NCBI GenBank assembly: GCA_033763455.1
Contig: JANRKO010000019.1
Location: forward strand, 137,618-201,617
Reading direction: 5' to 3'
Origin: Polyangiaceae bacterium
GTDB taxonomy: Bacteria > Myxococcota_A > Polyangia > Polyangiales > Polyangiaceae
DNA length: 64,000 bases
The notes beneath the pieces were generated by a model that was given only the letters and a program-made list of their open reading frames with translations, was not told the origin of the DNA and did not search any database. Both the position numbers and the translations under genes were made by a program. This document shows positions 50,676-60,161 of this stretch, piece by piece. Numbering within the stretch: the stretch's first letter is position 1; every line of letters begins with the position of its first letter.

Positions 50676-51178
50676 GGCCTCGCTGGACCAAAGGTGGTCT
50701 TCGAATCACACGTGCAACGCTGAGCACCGTGGAAGCTACGGGCAAAGAGGCCTACCTGCGCAACGAGGAAGGTTGCGGCTACCTGGAGGGGCCAGCCGGC
50801 GATGAACTGCTGGCCGACGCCGCGGTTCCCCTGGAAAATCTTGCCAATAAGTACCACCAAGCCGATCCCGTGGCGCATCCACGAACCGGGCATGATTACT
50901 TCAAGATCAATGCGCTCAAGTTCGAGAAGGCCATAGCGCAGGGCAAACAAGCCGGCAGGCCCGTGAAGGTCTTCTTCCACTCTCACCTCGACTGCGGCGC
51001 CTATTTTAGCGAAGAAGACGCGGCAAGCATGACAATGGGCGGGCAGAACGCACCTGCGCATGATTTGGCCTACTTAGTTACCGCCGTGGACGCCGGCGAA
51101 GTTACTGCCCATCGCCTATTTATCTATAACTTCGAGACGCGAAAGTTCGACGAAGCGCCGTTCAGCGTTGTTGAGTAG
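50669..51178 (+). CDS. mec: JAMM/Mov34 family metalloprotease (Mec+-like CysO-Cys hydrolase)
   Basis: JAMM motif E..., HSHLDCGAYFSEED (H-x-H-x7-S-x2-D). The ATG overlaps the cysM stop. Confidence 0.7.
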   Translation: MVRPRWTKGGLRITRATLSTVEATGKEAYLRNEEGCGYLEGPAGDELLADAAVPLENLANKYHQADPVAHPRTGHDYFKINALKFEKAIAQGKQAGRPVKVFFHSHLDCGAYFSEEDAASMTMGGQNAPAHDLAYLVTAVDAGEVTAHRLFIYNFETRKFDEAPFSVVE

Positions 51179-51221
51179 CCTTATTGTGGGCTCATGGCTG
51201 ACCTGCAGCTAAGCTAACGGG

Positions 51222-52514
51222 GTGCGCTTCCCCTATCGCTTCGGCTCACTCCTGCTCGCAATCCTTGCCACGTCACGGGCTTCCCTCGCGGACGTAGTTA
51301 CGGACGTCGACACGTTGTCTCAAGCGTATTCCAGGTTGGGTAGCACGGTGGAGGTTCAGAAGCCCCGCCTGCTAGAACGAACCCAGCTCTTGCCGCTCCA
51401 GTTCCTTTCGGCGCTAACCGAGACGCCCGAGGAGAGACGCTCCAACAGTTGCGCACGTGTGGTGGTATTGGCCGCAAAAACCACCAGCTTCCTACTGCGA
51501 CAGCGCGCAGGTGATCCCAGCGAAGCCCCCACCCGGCCGCTCGCAAGCGTCGCCGGGGCAGCCGAGATCGAACTGTGTGGGGCCAAAACGGAGGCCTTGG
51601 GAGCACTCGTCCTTGAGATGCGGTCGCCCCGCGGCATCGTTCAGGCGCTGCGCATCCGCTCCCCAAAGGAAAGTCCGAGCCTAAGCCACTTTTTGACACA
51701 TCGGGTGCAGGGCCCTGCTGCGGCTCCGCCAACGAGCCTCGCGCGGCCCAGGTTACCCGCATTTCAAGTACGAGAAAGTCGTTTGCGGGCGAATGCGCAC
51801 TCCGAACCTAAAGCGGAGGTTCAATCCCTCACGATTGAGGCTTCGCATCCAGACGGGGGAACGGTGAACGTGTTGCCCGGCTGCCACCAAATAACAGCGC
51901 TGCAGCTGGACAGCGAACCCGAAGCGGGCGTTGTGGATCTCGATCTCGAGATCTTCGAACAGGGCGACACTCAGTTGATAACCCGTGATTTCTCGGAGGA
52001 TCTGGACGCCACCGCCAACTTCTGCACACCGGAACCCCAGCGACTACGACTGCGACTGCAGGGCGCCCTGCCGACCACGAAGGTGCAATGGTTCGATATA
52101 AGAACCCCGTTTCCGAGCGGGATCCCAGAAGTTTTTGGTCCCATGGGTCGTGGCAACTTGGCCTCCGCACTTCGGAGCTCCCATGCCAGCCTCCCAGAAG
52201 GTGAGCCCGTAGCGCGTGTTCTCGGCGTACAAGGACGCACCCTCCTTCCTCTGCTAATCGAGCCAGGTGCGTGTTATCTGGCGATTGTGGGCGCGGCTGC
52301 GGGCAATCTGCGGGCTCTCGGCTTGAGCGCTCGCACGGGGGCGATCCAAAAAGATGCACAGGGTGATCAAGACTCCCCGACAGCCACACTAGCTTTCTGT
52401 AACCAACAGTCGCGCTCTGTCCAGTTCGAGGTGATGGCACGCGGGCAGAACCTCGTGTGGGCGGGGGCCGTTTGGCTAACGGCCCGGCTTCCGATCGGGC
52501 AGGTGGCAGAATGA
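51222..52514 (+). CDS. secreted hypothetical protein
   Basis: Signal peptide LLLAILATSRASLA. 430 aa with no recognised domains. Confidence 0.5.
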   Translation: MRFPYRFGSLLLAILATSRASLADVVTDVDTLSQAYSRLGSTVEVQKPRLLERTQLLPLQFLSALTETPEERRSNSCARVVVLAAKTTSFLLRQRAGDPSEAPTRPLASVAGAAEIELCGAKTEALGALVLEMRSPRGIVQALRIRSPKESPSLSHFLTHRVQGPAAAPPTSLARPRLPAFQVRESRLRANAHSEPKAEVQSLTIEASHPDGGTVNVLPGCHQITALQLDSEPEAGVVDLDLEIFEQGDTQLITRDFSEDLDATANFCTPEPQRLRLRLQGALPTTKVQWFDIRTPFPSGIPEVFGPMGRGNLASALRSSHASLPEGEPVARVLGVQGRTLLPLLIEPGACYLAIVGAAAGNLRALGLSARTGAIQKDAQGDQDSPTATLAFCNQQSRSVQFEVMARGQNLVWAGAVWLTARLPIGQVAE

Positions 52515-54187
52515 GGGCCACTCCTTTCCTTTTTTTGGGGATTGCGTTCGCGTGCGCTCGACCTGCCCCTCAAGCGCCGGAAGTGGGCGCACCTCGTGCG
52601 CCGGTACGAGCTCCCTCTGAAAGTCCCGACAGTCGCCTCTGGTTGGGCCCGGAGCTCACTCGGGCACTTGGAGCTGGGGCGAAGCCTAGCGACGTTTTAG
52701 TGATTGAGCCCGGCGTTGCCGGAGACCGGATACAGGCAACGCACCAGGTGCCTGAGCATGAATGCGCTCTGTTCGTTGCACGCACCTCCCCGAATGTGGG
52801 CGACGTCGATCTCTTCCTTTTCGGCGAAGACGGCACACTGCTCGGTAGTGATGAATCTCCAGAGAGATCACCAGCCCTCCTTATTTGCCCACCGCACCCG
52901 CGACACGTGTACGCAGTAGCGCGTATCGCGGCTGGCGATGGCTTCGTTGCCATCATCGCGCAGGCCGTTGACCCGACTTTGAACGCTCCGGTCAAAGAAG
53001 TACTCACACAGCAGCTCTTGGCTTCGCAAGAACAACTCGCCACCGGGAAGTGGGCCGCACTCGATGGACAAATAGAAGCCCATCGTCGACGGATCGGCGG
53101 AAGCTGGCGGGAGCTGCGCCGCATGGCCTTGCCCCTGGAACCGGGTACGCCCACGAAAGTGACTGCCGAAGTCCCGCGCGATGGTTGTTTGGATGTATTG
53201 GCCGTTCCCTCCGAAGATGTGGCCTATCTGGAGCTCACCATCCAAGATGCCGACGGGCGTTACGTGGCGCGCGGCGAAACGCGTGACTCTGACCGCAGTG
53301 CCGTTCTTTGCTCCAGAGAACAAGCCAGCGTCACAATAGCCGTACAACCTCACGTGGGGCGTGGCCTGGGGGCGCTCATCATCGCCGATTCGGGGCCGGG
53401 CACCGTAACAGCCCTGGCGCCTGGAGTGGTCCCCACGCAGCTCTTTCCCCGCGGGATGTTGAGCCAAACACAAGTTGCTCTGGAACAGTCGCTGAACGCG
53501 CTCGATTACCCGAAGCCGGTGTGGCAGCAAGGCGGTGCGCTACGTGTCGGCGAAAGAAAAAGCTTCCCCATCACGCTCGGAACGGGGTGCTACCGGATCG
53601 ATCTATTGAGTCAAGCTCCGGTGCAACAGCTGGCCGCGTGGGTTTGGGACTCTCAAGGGGGACTAATCATTGAGGACACCCGAATAGGCCAACTCAATCT
53701 ATTTGCCTGCACGAAAACGCCAAACGCACGGTTGGACGTAGAGAGCCTGACGCGAGCGGGGAGCTTTGTTGCCCAGGTCCGGCCGGTGAAAGTGCCTGCG
53801 CTTCTGCTCCAACATCCACTCGCGGGTTCTCGCCTCCTTGGGGATCTTGTGGAGCGAGGGCGACTTCAGGCACCAGCCGCGTTGCCCAAGCCGGAGGTCG
53901 TGCCGGTGAGTGCCACTCGACTAGCCCAACTCGAAATCACGATCCCTGCCGGCAATTGCGCTGACGTCAGTGCGGCTCTCGGGCCTGGAGCACTCGGCCT
54001 GGATCTTCGACTTTTAGATTCAGCGACCGGTGCCCAGCTTCAACTCGTGCGAGTGCCCTGGGTCGGAGGCGGTATTGCTTGCGCTCCAAAAGGCTCGATT
54101 CCACTCGCGGTGAAAGTAGAAATGCGTGTAACGGCTGGGGCTAGCGAAGCTCTCCTCGTCTCCACGTTCTTTTCTCCCCACCTCTGA
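52511..54187 (+). CDS. secreted hypothetical lipoprotein, coupled to the upstream gene
   Basis: Internal ATG overlaps the upstream TGA (ATGA). Lipobox LGIAFAC. 558 aa of unknown function. Confidence 0.5.
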   Translation: MRATPFLFLGIAFACARPAPQAPEVGAPRAPVRAPSESPDSRLWLGPELTRALGAGAKPSDVLVIEPGVAGDRIQATHQVPEHECALFVARTSPNVGDVDLFLFGEDGTLLGSDESPERSPALLICPPHPRHVYAVARIAAGDGFVAIIAQAVDPTLNAPVKEVLTQQLLASQEQLATGKWAALDGQIEAHRRRIGGSWRELRRMALPLEPGTPTKVTAEVPRDGCLDVLAVPSEDVAYLELTIQDADGRYVARGETRDSDRSAVLCSREQASVTIAVQPHVGRGLGALIIADSGPGTVTALAPGVVPTQLFPRGMLSQTQVALEQSLNALDYPKPVWQQGGALRVGERKSFPITLGTGCYRIDLLSQAPVQQLAAWVWDSQGGLIIEDTRIGQLNLFACTKTPNARLDVESLTRAGSFVAQVRPVKVPALLLQHPLAGSRLLGDLVERGRLQAPAALPKPEVVPVSATRLAQLEITIPAGNCADVSAALGPGALGLDLRLLDSATGAQLQLVRVPWVGGGIACAPKGSIPLAVKVEMRVTAGASEALLVSTFFSPHL

Positions 54188-54324
54188 GATTTCTACCCGC
54201 GTAGAACACCCACGCAGCAGCCTTCTCGAAGATCTCACCCCCACAAAACACCTCAGCAGGTGCCTCTGCAGCAGCCCGTTGTGGGCGACCGAGCGACACC
54301 TGCTGAGGATCCCAACGGCAATAA

Positions 54325-54604
54325 TTACATTGCTGCGGGAGCTGCAGGCGCTGCAGCGCGACGACCGCGCTTCTTCGCCTTCTTGCGGCCAGCTTTCTTG
54401 GCCGGGCGAGCTGCCGCGGCTTTCTTGGCGCGCTTTTTACCAGCCTTCTTGCGGCCAGCTTTCTTGGCAGCCTTTTTACGGCCGCCTTTCTTAGCAGCTT
54501 TCTTTGAAGCCTTCTTGCGTCGGCTCTTTTTTGCGGGTGCTGCTGCTACTTCAGTGGAAGCTGCAGCTTTTTTTGAACTCTTCTTTTTCCGTCTTGCGGC
54601 CATG
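54325..54604 (-). CDS. histone H1-like Lys/Ala-rich DNA-binding protein
   Basis: MAARRKKKSSKKAAAS...KKAAKKGGRKKAAKKAGRKKAGKKRAKK low-complexity basic repeats. Confidence 0.6.
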
Positions 54605-54640
54605 TAACCCTCCAAGGTGTCGGTGGAATGTGAACCACCG

Positions 54641-54670
54641 TATGGCAATGCAGTAACATATATTGCCATC
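54641..54670. promoter_or_regulatory. inverted repeat in the histone-like gene promoter (TATGGCAAT-N12-ATTGCCATC)
   Basis: 8-of-9 matching inverted-repeat arms in an AT-rich stretch 40-65 bp upstream of the start. Confidence 0.4.
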
Positions 54671-55560
54671 TATGGTTCCCTGTCAACAATATTTTTTCCT
54701 GTGATGCGTTTTTTCCTTGCCACGGTGGCTAAGATCTCACCGCGCCCTGAGAAGCTGCAGATCGCGTCAGCCCCCAGATTTTGCGGCAAATACGCCAAAT
54801 TTTGACGCAGCTCACCTCTCCCCTGGAGCCGCCCGCCGGATGCCCTTTGCGCGCCTCGGGTGAGAGATTTTTTTTCTGACCCCACCCAGAGCTTCACGCG
54901 CTGAGCATTAAGCGACCAGCGGGTACCGATGTCATTGCTACTCGTGGAGCGTCGACGTTCGATAGCGGCTGCGATGATCACTGTGGGTCTCGAATGCCGG
55001 TGGTGCTCACGCGAAATTGCCTGATGCGCCGGCACCTCAGCTAACGCACACCCGACAGAGCGCTTAAGTGCAGTTGCACTGAGACCTGTGCGAGTGCCTC
55101 GGGGTGGCTCTCTGTTGCTTCGAAAAGTTAGACGCAAGCCTTGAGCGAACTCGCCGAACAAGCGCCCAAAACAGCGCTCGTGCACGCGCCATCTTCCCCT
55201 ACAAAATGCAGTATTTGCTGCACATTCACCACCAAAGGTGGAGCCGGGAACTTGTGCAGATGCGAGCGCAGTGTCGGCGCCGCATGGGTCCGTGAGGTGC
55301 TGAAGCAGCTTTAAATCTTTCTGCGAATGGCCCCCAAGGCCACAGCGTTTCAAAATTAGACCCGACGATGCGCACCTAAGTCAATTCTTTTGTGCCGTCG
55401 GTGAAGGCGTGTGCAATGCGTTTGGCCCCTGCCCTCCCACGATGTGCGCTTGCAACGTGGCCCCGCTGAACCGCGGCCCGAGCGCCAGCGCCACAACTTG
55501 TACGCCGTTATCAAGGCCGTGCTTGACCCCTTTCGTCCTTTTCTGGATGGTCTGTTCGGC

Positions 55561-57645
55561 ATGGCAACAGGGCTCAACTCCGAGCAGCATTCAGCAGTTA
55601 AAACACTCAGTGGCCCCCTTTTGGTGCTTGCGGGTGCGGGTACCGGCAAGACGCGCGTCATCACGTACCGCATTGCCGAACTGATTCAGAGTGGCGTCAC
55701 GCCGAGCAGGATCCTGGCACTCACGTTCACGAACAAGGCTGCCAAAGAAATGCGGGAGCGAGCACTGGCGCTGCTCGGGAAGCGTCCCAAGACGGTGCAG
55801 CCTCCCGAGATTTCAACGTTTCATTCCTTGTGTGTGCGCATCTTGCGTCGGCATATCACCCGCCTTGGGTACCCCAAGGAGTTCGTTATCTATGACCGAG
55901 GTGACCAAGAAGCCCTCGCACGCAACGCCCTCCGAGACATTCGCGTAGGCCAAGAGAAGCTGCGCCCAGGTGATCTGATCACCAAGATCAGCGGTTGGAA
56001 GACGCTATCCATCGGCCCAGAGCAGGCCGTGGACGTGGCCAAGGAGGATAAGGATCAGCTCGCCGCCGCGGCGTACGTCCGGTACCAGGCCGCACTCAAG
56101 TCATCCGGGGCGCTCGATTTTGATGACCTGCTGATGCTCACCGAAGAGCTACTCGTAAAGTTCCCAGAGGTGCGGTTTGCTGAGTCCACTCGCCATGATC
56201 ATGTCCTCATCGACGAATATCAGGACACCAACGGGCTCCAGTACCGGATCGTGCGGCACTTAGCGCAAGGGCATGGGAATCTATGTGTGGTGGGGGATGA
56301 TGATCAGTCCATTTACGGCTGGCGTGGGGCCGAAGTGACTCACATTCTGAACTTCTCCCGTCACTGGCCAAAAGCCAAAGTTGTGCGTTTACAGCAAAAT
56401 TACCGCAGCAAAGCGAGCATTTTGGAGCTCGCCAACACGCTCATCGTTAACAACAAGACCCGCCACGACAAGAAGCTTTACGCGGAGCGTGAAGGTGGAG
56501 CGAGCCCTCGCTTCATCCGCTTCGAGGACGAAACCAAAGAGGCCGAGGAGATCGTGAAAGACGTGAGAGAGCAGCTCACGCCCTCGAGCGATAAGCCACG
56601 CGTCCACCCGGGCGACATCGCCATTCTCTTCCGGACCAATGAACAGCCACGAGTCTTCGAGCTGGAGCTTCGCCGAGCCAAGATCCCATACGTGATTGTT
56701 GGAGGGCTTTCCTTTTTTGATCGCAAGGAAGTGCGCGATATTATGGCGTATTTGCGGGTGCTGGCGAACCCGAAGGACGAGCTGTCCTTGTTGCGTATTT
56801 TAAATACTCCCCCACGTGGCATCGGTACGGGCAGCATCGAGACGCTCCTTGAACATGCGGTCGAAAAAGGCGTCCCACTTTGGAACGTCTTGGCCGGAAG
56901 CCTGAGCCACCCGGACATCGGCCACCACACTGCCGAGCGCATTCTGCAATTTCAGAACCTCCTGGTTTCCTTCCAGGCTCGGCTCGGTGAGGGCTCCTTG
57001 GCCGACCTTGCTAAGGACTTGCTGACAGCTGTGGACTACAAGGCCGAGCTTGACCGCACCTACAAGACGGCCAGCGAGATCGAGGCGCGCACCAATTCGC
57101 TGGAGGAGCTGGTGAACTCCCTCGCCCAATACGAACAGCAGGCCGAAAACCCCTCACTCCTAGGCTTTCTGGAAGAGGCCACCCTCACCACGAAGGAAGA
57201 TCAAAAGGACGACGACAAGAAGCAGAAGAACGCCCTCACGCTGATGACGCTTCACAGTGCCAAGGGGTTGGAATTCCCTCACGTGTACCTCGTCGGTGTC
57301 GAAGAGGGCATCATGCCGCACCGTCGCTCGCTGCTAGATGGAACGGTCGAAGAGGAACGTCGGCTTTGCTACGTCGGCGTTACCCGTGCCCAGGATCATT
57401 TGACCATTAGCTTCTGTAAGCAGCGTATGAAGTGGGGCAAAGAGCGGCCCTGCATTCCCAGCCGCTTCATCTTAGAGATGCGCGGGGAGAACGAGAAAGC
57501 CGAAAAAGTGGCTCAAGCGGCACTTGAGCTTTTCACCAAGGAAAAGCTTGAGGAAGAAGCCCGTAAGGCCCCGAAAAAGGTCAGTAAAAAGGTTTCTGCG
57601 AAATCAGCAACGCCGGCTCAACCCCGCTCTAAAACGAAAGCGTGA
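55561..57645 (+). CDS. uvrD: UvrD/PcrA/Rep family ATP-dependent DNA helicase
   Basis: Walker A AGAGTGKT, the TFTNKAA motif, and helicase motifs I-VI. Confidence 0.85.
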   Translation: MATGLNSEQHSAVKTLSGPLLVLAGAGTGKTRVITYRIAELIQSGVTPSRILALTFTNKAAKEMRERALALLGKRPKTVQPPEISTFHSLCVRILRRHITRLGYPKEFVIYDRGDQEALARNALRDIRVGQEKLRPGDLITKISGWKTLSIGPEQAVDVAKEDKDQLAAAAYVRYQAALKSSGALDFDDLLMLTEELLVKFPEVRFAESTRHDHVLIDEYQDTNGLQYRIVRHLAQGHGNLCVVGDDDQSIYGWRGAEVTHILNFSRHWPKAKVVRLQQNYRSKASILELANTLIVNNKTRHDKKLYAEREGGASPRFIRFEDETKEAEEIVKDVREQLTPSSDKPRVHPGDIAILFRTNEQPRVFELELRRAKIPYVIVGGLSFFDRKEVRDIMAYLRVLANPKDELSLLRILNTPPRGIGTGSIETLLEHAVEKGVPLWNVLAGSLSHPDIGHHTAERILQFQNLLVSFQARLGEGSLADLAKDLLTAVDYKAELDRTYKTASEIEARTNSLEELVNSLAQYEQQAENPSLLGFLEEATLTTKEDQKDDDKKQKNALTLMTLHSAKGLEFPHVYLVGVEEGIMPHRRSLLDGTVEEERRLCYVGVTRAQDHLTISFCKQRMKWGKERPCIPSRFILEMRGENEKAEKVAQAALELFTKEKLEEEARKAPKKVSKKVSAKSATPAQPRSKTKA

Positions 57646-58696
57646 CCCAGCGCCCACGGTCCGGCGAGCCTCGACAGATCGATAACGTCAACGCCTCTGG
57701 GATGCCTACGAAACAAGCATTGGTGGACGTCCCTTGGTCGTCTTCGGCGTAGCGGTTGATGCTGTCGACCCCATCGCTGCGATCTGAGAATAGGGCACGG
57801 ATGCTTTCGACGTTGTGCCCTCCCGTACTCAGGACGGCCTTCAAACGTTCCAGCCGCTTCACACTGGAGTTGGAAGCGGCCTCCCCCTCAAGAGCTCGAA
57901 GCGTCGGGCTCAGACAATGGTTGGTGCGAGCGATCGGTTCGGTGCCTAACGTGCGCTCGACGCATGCGGTCGCGCTGCATTCAAATTCCTGGGCACCGTA
58001 GCGGTCGGCCAGAAAATAAGTGTGGCCCCCTGCGCGCGGGGCACGGCGAACGAAGTCTGCTGCTTGTTCTCGCGTGCGGCTCGTGAGCGCACGATGAAGG
58101 ATACTTAAGTATCCGACCCCCACCCGCGAGCCGTGGGTCTTGATGTTCGTCGTGCCAACGGTGAGGCCGTGTTCGTTCATCCCCACAAGAGAGAGCGCGC
58201 CAGCGCAGGTGACCGACCAAGTACGCGGACCATCGGTCGGGATCCGGTGAATCGCCACCACGTAGTCCAGATCCGTTGGATTAAGATCCCAAGTTTGCGC
58301 CGCGATCACTTTCCTATCTCGGCTGAGGTTCTCCGGAACCAACGCCACCGAACACCCTTCGCTGTCGGAGCGCTTACCAAGGAGCAATACGTCTCTCACG
58401 TCAGTCATGTTGGTGGCGGCGTAGAGGTGCCCTGGATCCACGCGCGCGGCTTCCGCAATGGCAACGTGTTCGGCGTAGCCTTCGGAGTGAAAAGCAAGGC
58501 TTGCCTCCAGGCATTGCGCTCCCACAGCCAAGAGATCCTTCACGGTGTACGGGCCTCGCTCCCCAAGATACGCGGCGGCGGCATCTAACCGTTGCGCAAC
58601 AAACCCCTGTATCTTTTCACGAAGGGCTTCGCCTTGAGTTAGCCCCAGTTCTCGCGGCGTGCCGCGACATTCCAAACGCGTAAGTTCAAGTTCCAT
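57629..58696 (-). CDS. C45 family peptidase / acyl-CoA:6-APA acyltransferase-like Ntn hydrolase
   Basis: SDSEGCSVALV with a putative Cys nucleophile; family-typical length. Confidence 0.6.
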   Translation of the reverse strand: MELELTRLECRGTPRELGLTQGEALREKIQGFVAQRLDAAAAYLGERGPYTVKDLLAVGAQCLEASLAFHSEGYAEHVAIAEAARVDPGHLYAATNMTDVRDVLLLGKRSDSEGCSVALVPENLSRDRKVIAAQTWDLNPTDLDYVVAIHRIPTDGPRTWSVTCAGALSLVGMNEHGLTVGTTNIKTHGSRVGVGYLSILHRALTSRTREQAADFVRRAPRAGGHTYFLADRYGAQEFECSATACVERTLGTEPIARTNHCLSPTLRALEGEAASNSSVKRLERLKAVLSTGGHNVESIRALFSDRSDGVDSINRYAEDDQGTSTNACFVGIPEALTLSICRGSPDRGRWVTLSF

Positions 58697-58707
58697 TGCC
58701 CGCGAGC

Positions 58708-59346
58708 TTAGCTCTCGAGGTCTCGAAGCTCACCGTCCAAACGTGCATCGAGTGCGGCGTTCGCGGTTTCCTTGTCCTTCGACGTTTCCGCGCTTGCTGA
58801 TGCCCCACTCGGACTCGGCTCGGCTGACCTGGCAATCGCTGCGGCCCGCCACTTTCGGAGCTTCAGGCCGGCCCCAACCCCCGCCAGACCGATCAACACG
58901 GTGAGGCCCACCGCGAAACCTCGAAGCGGGCTATGGGGCTGAACCGCAAGGATCTTCGAACCATATCGTTCCACCATTGCTGAGCGGATCGCATCGACGC
59001 TTTCTCCGGCGGTGAGCCTTCGCCGGATTTCCCTGCGGAGATCTGAAACGATGGGTGAGTTGTGTATATCCATGGTTTGGTTCCAGCAGCAGGGAGCTAT
59101 GAGCTCGCCCTCCAACCGATGTTGACCCGGGAGATATTTCTCCTGCTCCGCCGCCGACGCTGGGGGCGAAACTGGCTCGCCGCCACCGGCGACCGCCGGA
59201 AGGCTCGCCAGCACACTTGCGCCAAGCCAAGGAACGCACCAAACGAACTGTGTAAGCCGACGGTTCACCACGCAGGTGCCACTCTGCCACGGGCGGGGAA
59301 AGCTCGCATCCAGTGTTTTGGCGCGCTTGACCGCTCCTCGGCCCAA
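58708..59346 (-). CDS. CcmH/NrfF-like cytochrome c biogenesis protein homolog (divergent; start uncertain)
   Basis: LIAPCCWNQTMDIHNSPIVSDLRREIRRRL resembles the CcmH LRCxxCQNQS...A.DLR motif but has adjacent CC; a C-terminal TM helix is present. Confidence 0.4.
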   Translation of the reverse strand: MGRGAVKRAKTLDASFPRPWQSGTCVVNRRLTQFVWCVPWLGASVLASLPAVAGGGEPVSPPASAAEQEKYLPGQHRLEGELIAPCCWNQTMDIHNSPIVSDLRREIRRRLTAGESVDAIRSAMVERYGSKILAVQPHSPLRGFAVGLTVLIGLAGVGAGLKLRKWRAAAIARSAEPSPSGASASAETSKDKETANAALDARLDGELRDLES

Positions 59347-59429
59347 GGCCTAGGGTGGCCACCGAATTGGGCGTTTTTCAGCGCCGTTTCAACTTCGCGG
59401 CCTGCCCCAATCCCGAAAACCCACGTTTT

Positions 59430-60161
59430 ATGAGTTCGTCCCCAACCCCCACCGCTCTGGCTCGCCGCGATGGCTCAGGAGCGATGTTCGACGGAATTGC
59501 TCCGCGCTACGACTTGCTCAACCGCCTGCTTTCTTTCGGGCTCGATCAACGTTGGCGCAAAATGGCCATCCATCGCCTGAGGCTCAAGCCTCAAGCAGAA
59601 GTGCTCGACCTCGCAACCGGCACGGGCGACGTGGCCATCGCTGCCGCTCTTGCCGAACCCACAGCACGAGTCGTCGGCGTCGATCCATCTGAGGAAATGA
59701 TGGTGGTAGGCCGCCGCAAGATTTCGGCTTCGGGCCTTTCGGCTCGCGTAAGCCTCTTGCTGGGTGATGCGCAAGCGCTCACGTTCGGCGAAGCTTCCTT
59801 CGACGGCATCAGCATGGCGTTTGGCATTCGTAACGTACCGGATCGACTGCGAGCTCTTGCGGAGATGAAGCGAGTGCTGAAGCCGGGTGGGCGCGTGGTG
59901 ATCCTTGAGCTTTCCGAGCCCCCCAACGGTGTGATGGGGGCCCTCGCGAAGTTCCATGTGCACGTGTTGGTACCTTGGTTGGGCGCACTAGTCTCGGGTG
60001 CGCATGAATATCGTTACCTGCAGCGCTCCATCGCCGCATTCCCGCCCGCCTCAGAGTTCGCCAAATTGATCGAGGCGGCTGGCTTGGTAGTGGAAGAGGT
60101 TCGTCCCCTCACCTTCGGCGTCGCGCATCTTTACGTTGCGGAGAACAGGGCCCCCCGGTGA
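59430..60161 (+). CDS. ubiE: demethylmenaquinone / ubiquinone C-methyltransferase
   Basis: FDGIAPRYDLLNRLLSFGLDQRWRK and the SAM motif VLDLATGTGD. The longer ORF starts at 59355. Confidence 0.8.
   Translation: MSSSPTPTALARRDGSGAMFDGIAPRYDLLNRLLSFGLDQRWRKMAIHRLRLKPQAEVLDLATGTGDVAIAAALAEPTARVVGVDPSEEMMVVGRRKISASGLSARVSLLLGDAQALTFGEASFDGISMAFGIRNVPDRLRALAEMKRVLKPGGRVVILELSEPPNGVMGALAKFHVHVLVPWLGALVSGAHEYRYLQRSIAAFPPASEFAKLIEAAGLVVEEVRPLTFGVAHLYVAENRAPR

Noticed and set aside
54670-55353. 227-aa minus-strand ORF.
   Set aside because: Arg-rich random-looking composition typical of antisense or non-coding GC-rich DNA, with no motif or start context.
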